Below, in pieces: positions 52,335 to 64,000 of a stretch of DNA of 64,000 bases. The DNA is taken from contig OX597818.1 in the NCBI GenBank assembly GCA_951406725.2, positions 49,476,001 through 49,540,000 of the forward strand. Reading direction: 5' to 3'. Origin of the DNA: Octopus vulgaris. Taxonomy: Eukaryota. Every line of letters starts with the position of its first letter. Positions within the stretch are counted from its first letter, which is position 1. Under the pieces are notes generated by a model. The model searched no databases. It was not told the origin of the DNA and worked only from the letters and a program-made list of their open reading frames with translations. A program made the position numbers and the translations under genes.

Positions 52335-54499
52335 CCAGGAGGGCACCATCCCCAATGACTGGTGTAGTACTATTATAGTTAGCTGCTACAAGGGTAAAGG
52401 TGATGTTAGATAGAAACAACTACAGAGGCATTATATTGCTAGACCAAACCATGAAAATTACTGAGAGGGTTATAGCTCGACTGATTAAAATAGAATTAAA
52501 TTAGATGAGATGCAGTTTGGTTCTGAACTTGGGAAAAGTACTACAGATGTCATCTCCCTAGTGAGACAGCTGCAGGAAAAGTACTTGGCCAAAAGTAAGA
52601 CATTGTACTTCGTTGACCTGGAAAAAGCTTCCGACAGAGTTCCCCACTCTGTTATATGGTGGTCTCTAAGGAAGTTAGGAGCAGAGGAATGGCTTGTTGG
52701 AGCTATACAAGTCATGTACAGTAGTGCTGTCAGTAACATGAGAGTTGGTCGTGAATAGTGATGAATTTAGCATACAGGTAGGGGTTCACAAGGGCTCAGT
52801 TCTCAGCCCACTCTTATTCATTATGGTCCTCCAGGTCACAACAGAGGAATTCACAACTGGGTGCCTGTGGGAACTGCTATATGCTGATGATCTTGCTCTC
52901 ATTGCAGAATCTTTAGCAGAACTGGAGAAGAAATTCCAGGTATGGAAACAAATCCTGGAATCAAAGGGCCTTAAAGTTAACCTGGCAAAGACCAAAGTTG
53001 TTGTTAGTAAGAAAGAAGATAAAACTCTCTTTCCGTCAGGTAAATCGCTCTGCTCAGTATGTAGGAAAGGAGTTGGAAGAAATAGTTGTCTTTGTATGTG
53101 ACAGATGTACAAGAACAATAATCACTAAGAGCATATGGGTTTTAGGTTCTCTCAAATGCCCAGGAGGCTCTCTTGAGGTTGTAGATAGTTTCTGTTACCT
53201 AGGTGACCAAATGAGCAACGGTGGGAAATGTTCTGAAAATATTGTTTCTAGAATAAGAATTGGATGGAAGTTCAGAGAGCTATTACTTCTGCTGGCAACA
53301 AAAGGACTCTCTCAGAGTGAAAGGTAGACTATATGATGCTTGTGTGTGAACAGCTATACTCCATGGTAGAAAGGTACGGGCTCTGAATGCAGAAGACTAG
53401 AGAGAAATGAAGGTAGTAGGCGCCATCAGTGCACATGTACAACAAAGTTCAAATGTATTGAGAGAAAAGTTGGGCATAAGAGGAATCAAATGTAGCCTGA
53501 TTTGGATATGTGATGCATTTGAATTAAGACAGCTGCATAAAGAAGTACCGATCACTGAAAGTATATGGCACCCACGAAAGTGGGAGACCCAGGAAGAAGT
53601 GTGTTGAAGTGGTAAGGACTGATCTCAGGATGTTGTGCCTTATGAATGAAATGACAATGGACCGAGATGTCTGGCGATATTAAGTTCTTGAGAAGACCCA
53701 CCCACGTCGGCGAAACTGAGTTCTAGAAGTGTTGTGTGTCCCACCCACACTTAAGAAAATTTCTTATACACACTATCATAACAAACCAAACTACCTCTCT
53801 TCTCTTCCTCACATTTCCACTTCAAGCACTAGGCTTGCCTCCCACTCCCCAATCCTGTCCTCTTGACCCTGTACCACTGTATCATTGCTCTCCACTAGCT
53901 TCCAACCTGTGTGTTCCACCCACGCCCTGTCTCACTGTTTCATTGCATATCCCCAGCACTTAGCCACCATCTCTATTCTGCTGTCTCCCACTCTCTCTCT
54001 CTCTCCTTCTCCTGCACTTCCCTCAGGTTGAGTAACCACATACTTCTTTTGTGGCAGAATACCTGTTTCTGTCTTCATTCCTCATCTCTCTCTCCAGCCA
54101 GGTAACCGTGTACCTCCTCTACAGCAAGACACCTGTTTCTGTATCTCTGTGTCACTATAACCTTTCATCATCTGACACAAGATCACCTCCTCCAATGCCC
54201 TTTCCCCTCTCAATCAAGTTTTTGTTTTTGTCATGAAAGTACTCGGTGACTTTGTCAGTGCAGATGCATTCAGCTGTAAAATCATTGCCAAAACTGACCT
54301 TGTCTGTGCTTGTGCCATGTAACAAGCACTAAGTCCACTCTGCTGAGTGGCTGATGTTAGGAAGTGCATCCAGTTGTAAAAATCCTGCCAAAACAGTTAC
54401 AGAAGTATGTTGCAGGCTTCTGCCTGGCTGGCGCTTGCCAAACCATCCCACCCATGTCAGCATGGAAGGCAGATGTTAAACGATCATGATGACGACGAC
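52335..54499 (+). mobile_element. 5'-truncated RTE LINE (RT domain, pyrimidine-rich 3' UTR, tail)
   Basis: NYRGI, MQFG, FVDLEKA, GVHKGSVLSPLLF and LLYADD motifs, frameshifted. Confidence 0.93.
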
Positions 54500-54789
54500 A
54501 CCATTTATGTTCATACATTTCTTTCGCCTCTCATCATCTTCAATCTATCCATATGCTCTTTTATTAAAACTAAATCCTCTCACACCTGCCATAATAAACT
54601 TTCCTTTAAGTTTCAAGCATCTCTATTATAACTGCAAATAGTAGATTCGTGTTTGAAGTCAAAATGCCACAAAGTACAACATTTTGAAAGAACATCACAA
54701 AAGCACCATTTGGGAACTTAATAAATAACCTGCTCCTTTCAGATGTAAAAAAACAAACATGAACAACAGACCCATCATTGGAAAACCCT

Positions 54790-57360
54790 CCATTTCCTGT
54801 AGGGTGCCAAACTTCACAGTTGACACAATCAACAATGCTATAACAAAATGTCTGGAGAGATTTTAGAAGCTAGAGCAGAGGTGAGTAGATATGTGTTATG
54901 TACAAAGAGTAAGACGGGAGAGTGTCTTAGCCAGATTTCTCACAGGCAAGTAACACAAGGATAAAGTCTTTTGGCTTGGTAGCAGCACTAGATTTGGTAG
55001 AGTATGCCAATTATTGGCAGAGACATAGGTATAATTAAGGTAAAGCAGGTGACAGAATAATTAGACAAAAACTAATCATTAGTAATCTTACAGCAACAGT
55101 GATCTCTGCATATGCACTACAATCAAGACTGACAGATAAGTGGACTGTTTCTCTGAGGTTCTGGCAGACTCCCTCAATAGACAGTGATCTCATTATCATG
55201 GTTGGTGACTTTAATGGACATGTTGAGCAACACCATGATGACTATTCTAATGTACATCGAAGATATGGTTACAGAGTAGAGAATGAAGAGGGAACGAAAC
55301 TCTTGAAATCTGGTGTAAGTTGCATATACTTCATGCTCACTAGAAGACAGGATAGGCAACTGGTTATAAATACTTTATTCTTTCCAACAGAAGCAGTTTC
55401 AGAGGCATAAAACAGTCTGAAGAAAGATATAGAAGTTGAAAGATGCTCTGGCAAGACATGTGATGAGAAGGAAGAGATAAACTCATAACACAGAAAACAA
55501 TATTGGTTAGCTATAAAACAAAATCTGTTGATTGAGTAAGGTTATAAACAGACAGACGGCATCAAGATAGTGGAATATAGTTGAGTTACAAAAACCAAGA
55601 AACAAGCCAAAAAAGATTAGGAGAAAGGAGGGAATATGGAAAACATTAGGTAGGGAAGAGAAAGTGAAAGAAGTCAGCCAACATTCCGTAATGAAAAGGA
55701 AGAGGTGTTGCAGATTGCAAAGTGCATCAGGGTGAATCAAAACAATGGGGAAAGGTGTGTACTGAATTATTGTAATGCACTTGTGAGGCTGTTAAGAGAC
55801 TTGAAAAAGTAACTAAAAGAGATTGCTGGACAAAGAACTGTATGGGAAACGTTGGAATTGCTCCAAATAGACCCAATAATGGGACCAGTTACTGAGATTG
55901 AGAATTATAAGGTTGGAAGCACTATTAAGAATATCAATGAAACTGGACCATCAGGGATAGTTGCCAAGATGCTGAAAATGTCTGGCAAACCAGAACATGT
56001 GCCAGTCATTCACGTAATCAATCAGATAGTGCAGTAAATCCAATGACCAGCAAAGCAGTTTCATAATCAACCACTACTAATCATCATCGTTTAACATTCA
56101 TTTTCCATGCTGGCACAGGTTAGACAGTTTGGCAGGAGCTGGAGAGCTGCACCAGGCTCCAATTGCCTGTTTTGATACGGTTTCTCAGGCTGGATGTCCT
56201 TCTTAAAGCCAACCACTTTACAGAGTGTACTGGGTGCTTTTTATGTGGAACTTACACGAGAGATTTTTACTTGGCAATCGCATGGGTGCTTTTCATATAG
56301 CACCAGTAACTAAGTAAAAATAAATACTTTAAAGGCATCAAATTGATAACCAAGTAATAAAAGTAACACAACTGATTATGGTGAGTATTCATTTAGGTTT
56401 GTGCTAGGTTGGGGAACTATTGATGGCACATTAATGAGAAAACTATAGAAGTTCTTAGCTACAAGCAAGTCACAGTATATCTGTCAACTTGGAGAAGGCC
56501 TTTGATAAGGTACTAACTACATTCAGTTGCCTGGAAGTCTTTGAGATGGAAGGTAGAGATGAACAGATATTGAAAGTCATGCAAGCTGTCAACAAAGTAA
56601 GATTTAGCAATGAATACAACAAGGAATTTAGTACGCAGGTGGGTGTACATGAGAGTTTAACACTTGTTTTTTAATTACAAATTCTCTAGGTAATAACTGA
56701 GAAGTTTAAGACTGGCTGTGAATGAGAATTTTTGTATGACTTTTGTATGACTAGTTCTTACAGTTGAATCCTTTGATGATTTAGAGAAGAAATTCTAAGT
56801 GTAGGAGCAAAGCCTATAAATTGCATCTTTAAGAAATAGGAAGTTATCTATCTAATACTATGCAAAGAATACAGCCATACACTCCTTGAATTTCTTTTAT
56901 TTATATATTTCAAATTAAAAACAAAATTCTTTTGTATTAGAAATGACAAGCCTCAAAGTAAACATAGTGAACACAAGTTTTAGTTAGCAGGAAAGAAAAT
57001 AAGACTTCAGGTTTTCTGGAATGTAGCTATGCAGAAAAGGAGTAGATGGAAATTCTATAAGGTCAACTCAATGAAAACAGAGTACACAAGAGATGCAGCG
57101 ATCCACTGCATCAGTGGCAGACTGACAGAGATAGATTTTGTATGTAACAGACAAGCGTGAGTAAGAGTTTCCATGAAATGAATGTGATGCATATAGATGG
57201 TAGTTTGGTAAAGAAGTACCAAGCACTTTATGTGGAAGGATGTAGAAGAGGAATCTCATGAAGGAAATCACAAAGAGCTGCAACAAGTATTGAGACACAG
57301 TGCAAGAGAAGACCTCTCCAACCTATGCAGACATGGAAAACTAAATGCTAAAATAACAAG
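54790..57360 (+). mobile_element. Old near-full-length RTE remnant (endonuclease to tail), interrupted
   Basis: ISAYALQ and GDFNGHV, then GPSGIVAKML, LEKAFDKV and QVGVHE in order. Related endonuclease fragment at about 49600-50030. Confidence 0.75.
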
Positions 57361-57500
57361 AAGTTTGTTGCATAACTAATACAAAAGATTTTTTTTTTCA
57401 ATTTGAAATATATATAAACATAGAAATTCAAAAGGTGTATGGTTGTATTCTTTGCATAGTGTTAGATAGCTAACTTCATCTTTCTGAAAGATGCAATTTA
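56817..57500. repeat. ~125-bp inverted repeat pair (56817-56940 / 57377-57500)
   Basis: Arms align by eye. Confidence 0.85.
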
Positions 57501-59177
57501 CTTGTTGTCCACAAACTTGAATATTTATCTTACACTCAGATTGTAGCAGCCATCATTTTAAGTCTTTTGACTTCCTGTAGTATATCTAATGCAAATGACA
57601 TTGGCTAAGTGTATCTCTCCAAGTTATAACCAAGGGAGAATTTGAATACAGTACTTGTACTCTAACAATGCTTGCTTTAGTGTGAACTGTACCATCGTGC
57701 AGAACCTCTTTGTAGTTAAATCAAAGAGAATGTCAAAACTAACAATTACAATGCTAGAGGTGAAATATTAAGTGCTGATCCTTCAGTTTGTAAATGAAAT
57801 CCTATAACTAGCCAACAAGGGAACCTCTATGTGTTTGTTGAGATGCGAGAAGAACAGCAGCTAAACCTTCCAATTACACCTCACCATCTTAAAAAGGGAC
57901 ATGTGGCAATGTAGTTGGAGATATACTACATCTGAAATAATAGACAAGGTCACAACTGAAAATTCAATGATCATTGCTGTGTTGGAGTTAACATGGAGGG
58001 TTAACCAACAACCCTGTCAACCCTGCCAGTTACAACCAGTTCACCAAAGAAAAACAAGCCATTTAAGGTTTCTCGTTTACCAAATCTTGAAATTGGCATT
58101 TTTCAGTTCCAAATAAAATGAAACCTCAAAAATAGAATTACAGAGTTGAAATTTAAAATGACATTACTAGTTGCGAGTCATAATCTCTAAGATTTAATAT
58201 AAACCACAGAAATTTAACCAGTAGAAAAAGCTAGCTAAGTTTAGAAAGGAGCCATAATACTTTGTCAGGATGGCAACAGAAGATAACAAATCAAGATAAA
58301 AGATAAAAACAGGTGAAGAGAAGATAAAGATGAAGTAATGCAGAAGAAAATGGAAAGAACAGTTACGATATGAGGAAACCATGAAAATGGGAATTGTATA
58401 AACCTAACGAACCTTCATTAAGATGGGAAAATAGAAAACTATATCAGTGCTGTAGCAGAGTGTTCCTTTAACATCCCTAGGCCATATAAGCTTACTCAAA
58501 CAGAAATTGAGATAAAAGAGAAAAAAGGCTTTCAGAAGTCTGTCATAAACAATTGTTATGTTAAAGAAAGCATGTGCAGTGTACAGGTATCACACAAACA
58601 ATTAGTGGATATACAGCTTACAAGAGTCACAGCTGTGCAATAATGGCCTAGAGTCAAACCTTAAATGGAGATTTGTGAATAGCTTGATGTGACACATTTA
58701 CTAGATTATAGAGACTAAGAGACCATTTAAGCTTAGCAGTAATTTTAGGAAGAGGGTATATGGATTAAGAACTTCTGATAAAGATAAAACAGGACAGCAG
58801 CTGAGGGTCAGTGGTAAGAAAATTAGATCTTAATGTATCATTTAAATATATTTTTATTTTATGCTTTAAGCATTCTAGTAATATAAATTAAGCATAATGT
58901 CAAATTAATCAACAAAAACCAAAGTTAAATGAATCCACTCCATGAATTATGAACTCAACAGTAAAGCGCTAACCTATATATCAATGTAACTAACTACCCA
59001 AATTTATAAGACAGGCAAGCATGCAACTTCAGTTGCTCTGTGCAGCTTAAAGTTTCATAGGCTTATAGAAAGAAGCCATTGCATCAGGTATCTCTCTCTT
59101 TCTTATATATATACACACACATCATCATCGTTTAAAGTCCACCTTCCAGGCTGGCAATATATATATATATTATAAGG

Positions 59178-59275
59178 AAAAGGTTGGCAGCAACTTAGAA
59201 GTTTCAACTTGCTCGCCTTTGTCAGAGCATCTGATAAAGGTGAGCAAACTGAAACTTCAGAGTTGTTAGCCTTTT
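59178..59275. repeat. Palindrome of two decayed minimal hammerhead motifs
   Basis: Plus strand CTGATAA-A-GGT-GAGCAA-ACT-GAAACTTC; minus strand CTGACAA-A-GGC-GAGCAA-GTT-GAAACTTC. Confidence 0.65.
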
Positions 59276-59365
59276 ATTTGTAAAACTTAAAGCTGTACTC
59301 TACAAAAAAAAAATCCACCAGTTTAATGTAAAAACATTTTTAACACTTCCCATAAACACAAACAT

Positions 59366-59426
<61 letters not shown>

Positions 59427-59460
59427 CGGTGACCAGTGAATAGATTTCACTGTAAATATA

Positions 59461-59602
59461 TATATTTGCGAAGGCTTGGCAGGTATCTCAACTAGCAGGA
59501 CTTGCTACTCTGGACTGATGATGGGCAAGACCTAGAAACATGCATGTCTTCAGGTTGCTAGTCCTAGCTGGTGGGGATGCTTGCCTCCCCTTCGCAAATA
59601 TA
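59461..59602 (+). ncRNA. Type I hammerhead ribozyme at the tip of a ~55-bp rod
   Basis: TCTGGA-CTGATGA-TGGG-CAAGA-CCTA-GAA-ACATGCATGT-C-TTCAGG. Helix I extends to TATATTTGCGAAGG/CCTTCGCAAATATA. Predicted cut after 59548. Confidence 0.88.
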
Positions 59603-60924
59603 AGGACGCAGGAAATGTGTCAAAGCCGACAGGAAGCATCGATGCTTCCTAGGGCTAAATAGTGGTGGTGTAATTCCCTTTATGGGACTGACACGTTATG
59701 TTGACAGTATACAACCACTATATATATATATGAGGAAAACTGAAATCTCATATAACAAATTAAAAAACTTTTTTGAGAAGTTTGCTTCCCAACCACATGG
59801 TTCTGGATTCAGCCTGAGTGGCATCTTGGCCAAATGTCTTCTACTATAACCCCCAGACTGACAAAAACTTTGTGAGAGGATTTGGTAGATGGAAACTGAA
59901 GGAAGATTATCTTGAAACCACATGGTCGGGTGACCAAACAAGTTAACCACACAGCTATGTCTGCCCCATATATTAAAAGATTAAAGGAAAATGCTATAAA
60001 AGCATCAATACAGAATCACAACCAATTGACAATTTACAATTTAGATGTCTGAAAATTGCATGTGGTTGGTTTCCCTTTGCAGCGCTGTGGCATCACTGAT
60101 TGGAGCTGACCCAATTCATCTAAAACGATTGCTGACGCAAGTGCTACTAAGTTACAGTACATCAGCTCACTAGTAATAGATTTTCGTGCTAGCGCAGAAA
60201 ACGGACGTTAAACGATGATGAATCCATGAGGTACTTACCATTCAATCAGCTATAGAATATATACCAACTAAATTTGAATTTATAGAATAAATCCTCCCAT
60301 AAAGCTGACATCTAACATACTCTTTTGTAGTACCCACGAAAGAAATTTCATAGTCATCATAGCACTACAAAAAAAAAATGTCCCTACAGAGCAGTAAATA
60401 TTATCATTTCTTTTGTTAGTAAATTCAACAATAATAGCTCTCTTCTCTCAGAAATGAGACAACCATATTTCACAAACATCTTTAACCTTTATCAACATGA
60501 ATAATTTATATAGAGCAATGTGTGGGTCAACTATTAAACGTATTTATAAATATACCAATGAAAGACCTATTTAAAGCTTCCCAATTCTATACACAATCAA
60601 AATAATAAACCAGTTCAACTTCAGGCATGAAGAAGGAGTTAACGATTGAAGAGGGAAAGAGAATTAAAGTATTAGTTTCTGGCTCTTATATAATTGAGAT
60701 AAGTAAATCAATAAATAAAAACATACAAATGTGCATACACATACGTGTACACACACACAGTGACGTATTATTTTACATGACACAAAACAAATTTATCATC
60801 AAGACTAGGGGGCATGTACAGCAACTGTTGTATATTAACTCAAGCAATTAAACTCATCCTAAGAGAGCCTCTTCATAAGCTATATTCAGCTGAGACAAAG
60901 ATAAAAATGTGTGTGTAATATATA

Positions 60925-61135
60925 TATTACAGAGATGTACTTGCATAGCAAGTGACCTGATCTGAGATTGTGCGCTGGAATGAAAACAATTGCAGCGTGG
61001 AAGGTGTTTATAAAGCTATTTAAGAAACACACAAAAACCGTTAGATTCACTTCAACATTTAAATTTAATTTGCCAAAATATTTTTGTTGCTTTGAGAACA
61101 CGACCTGTTCACTGACAAAATTCCGTGCCGCAGCT
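60925..61135 (-). mobile_element. Second copy of the G3-C8 hammerhead-bearing repeat (core decayed)
   Basis: Homologous to 41955-42150, with GAAA mutated to AAAA. Confidence 0.8.
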
Positions 61136-61811
61136 ATATATATATTTATATGCCAAAACAGACAGTGAAGCCTGGTGCAGTCTTCTGCTTAGCCAACCCC
61201 TCTCAAACTGTCCAACCCATGGCAGCTTGGAAAACACATTAAACAAACATTTTACAAACAAACTCAAATTAGCAAAAAATGCACACAAAACTGTCCATGT
61301 CATTATACATTTGCCACAATCCAAACTTCTGTACTAAGCATTACACCAAAGCACCTCCGGTATATTCAGTCAACTCACACTAGCACCCTTACAGTGACAT
61401 AGAGCAAGCTACTTAGATTTTTTAAAACTATTTCTATCTCGTCTATAACATGACAACTATCAATGCTTTGTAGTTATCTAATCCTTGGCAGAAGAGCGAT
61501 CATTTAATACTTTATTTTTTATAAATTCTTTGAAACAGTTTTCACCAAAATTTTCCATGTTAAGATTGGAACTATTTTTCATCATACAAATATTAGCAGT
61601 CAATGATATAAAGTAAACTATTAAGATTTCCAATTATGAAAAAAATATAGTGTGTGTGTTTGTCATTTAAGGTAAACAGGATTACATATCCAAACCAAAT
61701 GTTTATACTCAGCTAAGACAATGGTACCAAAACATAGCCACAAAAGTCCATTAATATGAGGGAATTTAACAGGTACTTAAAATCGTGGTTGTTTTTGTAT
61801 AGCTGTAGTCA

Positions 61812-62183
61812 TCTTTATATATAAAAGAGAAGTTGTGTGTCTGTCTCCTACGATTTAGATTCCTTACTCCCACATTTTGCGGTGCAGTTTAACCAAAAGC
61901 GGGTATCTTATAGTCGCGATTCATATCGAGCCCTTCTGGGTATTAGCGCGCGTCTACGATGAGTCTACGATTTAAAAAAAAATTTACCATCATTTTTTTC
62001 CATTTTAATGCATTTTTTCGCTATTATATAAGGGAAGTAACTCTCTAAAAATGTCTACGATGAGTCAACGATTTAAAAAAAATTTACCATCATTTTTTCC
62101 CATTTTTAATGCATTTTTTGGCTATAACTCTCTAAAAATGCTTATATAGTTATTTCCCTTACAAACCCGAGCGATACTGCTAG
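61812..62183 (+). mobile_element. Non-autonomous Helitron with internal ~101-bp tandem duplication
   Basis: A|TC start, CTAG|T end, duplicated units at 61952 and 62053. The subterminal hairpin is incomplete. Confidence 0.7.
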
Positions 62184-62279
62184 TAGTATATATAAGGATC
62201 ACATTATTTGGTACAATCTCCCCTTTTTAATACAGTAGGGTAAGACTGGAGTTGCCTCACTGGGTGCAAACAGAAACAC

Positions 62280-63300
62280 CAAAGAAATCATTGGTAGAAT
62301 GATGAAGAACAAGAATATCCCATGTACTTAAATAGCTAACAACGTCTGTATTTATGGATAAAACCTGGCTTTCAGATGATTCTTTTTTTTTTTTCTTTTA
62401 ATAAATTCTCTTTTGTTGGATAGATAGCATTATAAAAAATCTAGGGAAATGTTATATCCATTGGCAACAGGATTTCTCTCATTACATAAATGGAAAACTA
62501 AGAGATGTATATTAAGGATGATGATGATGTGTGGTAGGAAAAATATGAATAGTAGCATATGCTGACAAAAGTCAAAAGTTAATAATCCATTGGATTTGCA
62601 TTGATAATCTGAAGTGGTGGAGTTGAAAAGCTAATCTATGGAGAAGAGATAATTCTGCTATTATGGTAATGTAAATGGAGACAGTTTGGGTGATAAATTT
62701 AGTGAGTAGACCAGAGTTGGGAAGAAGTAAAAGCTGGATTGTGGGATGATGTAAGATCAAGACAAACTGCTGGCTTGTTCTAAATGATAGTATTGTTAAA
62801 ATGATGATGATTTGATGAGGAAGTGGGTACATAGGGCTTATCAAAAAGAATACAGAATAAAGCAATAAGGTAATTAGACAATACAATAAATGAGAAACAG
62901 ATAACATTAACTGCAGCAACAATAATTACTTGAGCACTATAGGCAAGATAGTTTTTAATAATGTACCACTATCAAACAGGAGAGAGTATGTAAATAATGT
63001 AATAATTGATTGTTATCTCCAGATGTAATTAAAGTATGAGCCAGTAAGGGAAGCCTGTATACAATAATATGACTTGCTAGAAATAGCAACCAAATTTCTT
63101 CTACTATCTTGGAAAGTAAAAGAAGGCAGTCAGAGGATAATGCAGTCCTGGATATCAAAAAAAAAAAAAAAAAAAAGACAAGGCTGATCAATGACGGTAT
63201 GTCTTTGACCAAAAGTCAGAGCTAACTTCAGGGCATGCATTCTGGATAACTGCATAAATTCAAGTCTACATGAAATAATGGAAATATAGGAAAATTTAAT
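62280..63300 (-). pseudogene. Possible highly decayed Penelope-type reverse transcriptase
   Basis: Ordered weak motifs DSRRNLVAISSKSY, FYFFP, LTFDF..AYATI and MGYSCS resemble PLE DKG, FYLLP, FDVTSLYTNI and MGSP. Confidence 0.35.
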
Positions 63301-64000
63301 TATTTCAGATATCTTTGAACACAAAATTATGCAACTTTTACATATCAAGTTATAACTTTCATGTTCAAAGAATGTCTTTTTTTTCTTTACAAACTTTGGT
63401 ATGAATAATTTATAAAATTACTCATAGCTCTAACAGCAGAAAATAATTATCGCAGCAAAATAAATATCATAGGCAAATTCACATTTCAAATTGAAGGGAG
63501 TTGTAACTATCATAAAATAAAGCATAGTCATTCAAATGTTTTGAAACAAAAATGTACTAGTCAAATATTTTCTTTAGCTATTCCTAAAGCTAATTACAAG
63601 TTGCTGCAGTTGTAAATTACATATTGAATAAAGAGAGAAAATTTGGCAATTAGCATACACAATGACTTAATGGATTTCGTGCCATAATAGAAACAGCACA
63701 TATAGCAGTATCTTAAATAGATCAATTGAAAAGAAACCGAAACAATGCTTATATGCCAAGTTAAATAACACACAAAGTATATATGATAACGTATATATTT
63801 TAGCCTAACAAACTGCATTTACACACAAAGAAACTAGAAAAATATTTGCTTTTAGTCAATGCTGAAAAGTTTAGTTTCACAACTCTAGAGCACCAATGAG
63901 TTAAAAAGCGGCACAGCTTGTTTGTAGAACATTAAAAGTCAATGACATGGAGTTGCATGATAAAATCTCATTTTGCTCTCTTTTGTTTAATTATTAAAAG

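Noticed and set aside
52510-53607. Functional reverse transcriptase gene
   Set aside because: Multiple frameshifts and stops, and 5' truncation.
60239-60249. 11-nt 5' UTR micro-exon (tag|CTGATTGAATG|gtaagt) on the minus strand
   Set aside because: Weak pyrimidine tract, and equally good GTAAGT donors occur by chance elsewhere (e.g. 41555-41560). It needs RNA data.

Overview
AT-rich, repeat-dense animal genomic DNA. The SINE, RTE and MITE families look like those of an octopod cephalopod; this is recognition, not a search result. One host gene is supported: ARF6 on the minus strand, with four coding exons (19549-19468, 11416-11313, 5573-5375, 3329-3187; 528 nt, 175 aa). Its first coding intron is U12-type (GTATCCTTT donor, TTTCTTAAC branch site). 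It probably has a long 3' UTR toward base 1 and an unlocated 5' non-coding exon, so most of 19.6-64 kb is probably intron. The rest is tRNA-derived SINEs, truncated RTE LINEs, piggyBac-like and hAT MITEs, Helitrons and a fossil hAT transposase. The most striking signal is a set of short non-coding elements with Penelope/retrozyme-like direct and inverted repeats carrying type I hammerhead ribozyme folds. Two have intact canonical cores (35963-36069, 59509-59554), two have compensated 3-8 pairs (G3-C8 at 42180-42230, U3-A8 at 12924-12960), and several are decayed. All intact cores lie antisense to ARF6. All structures were paired by eye; no folding or database search was run.
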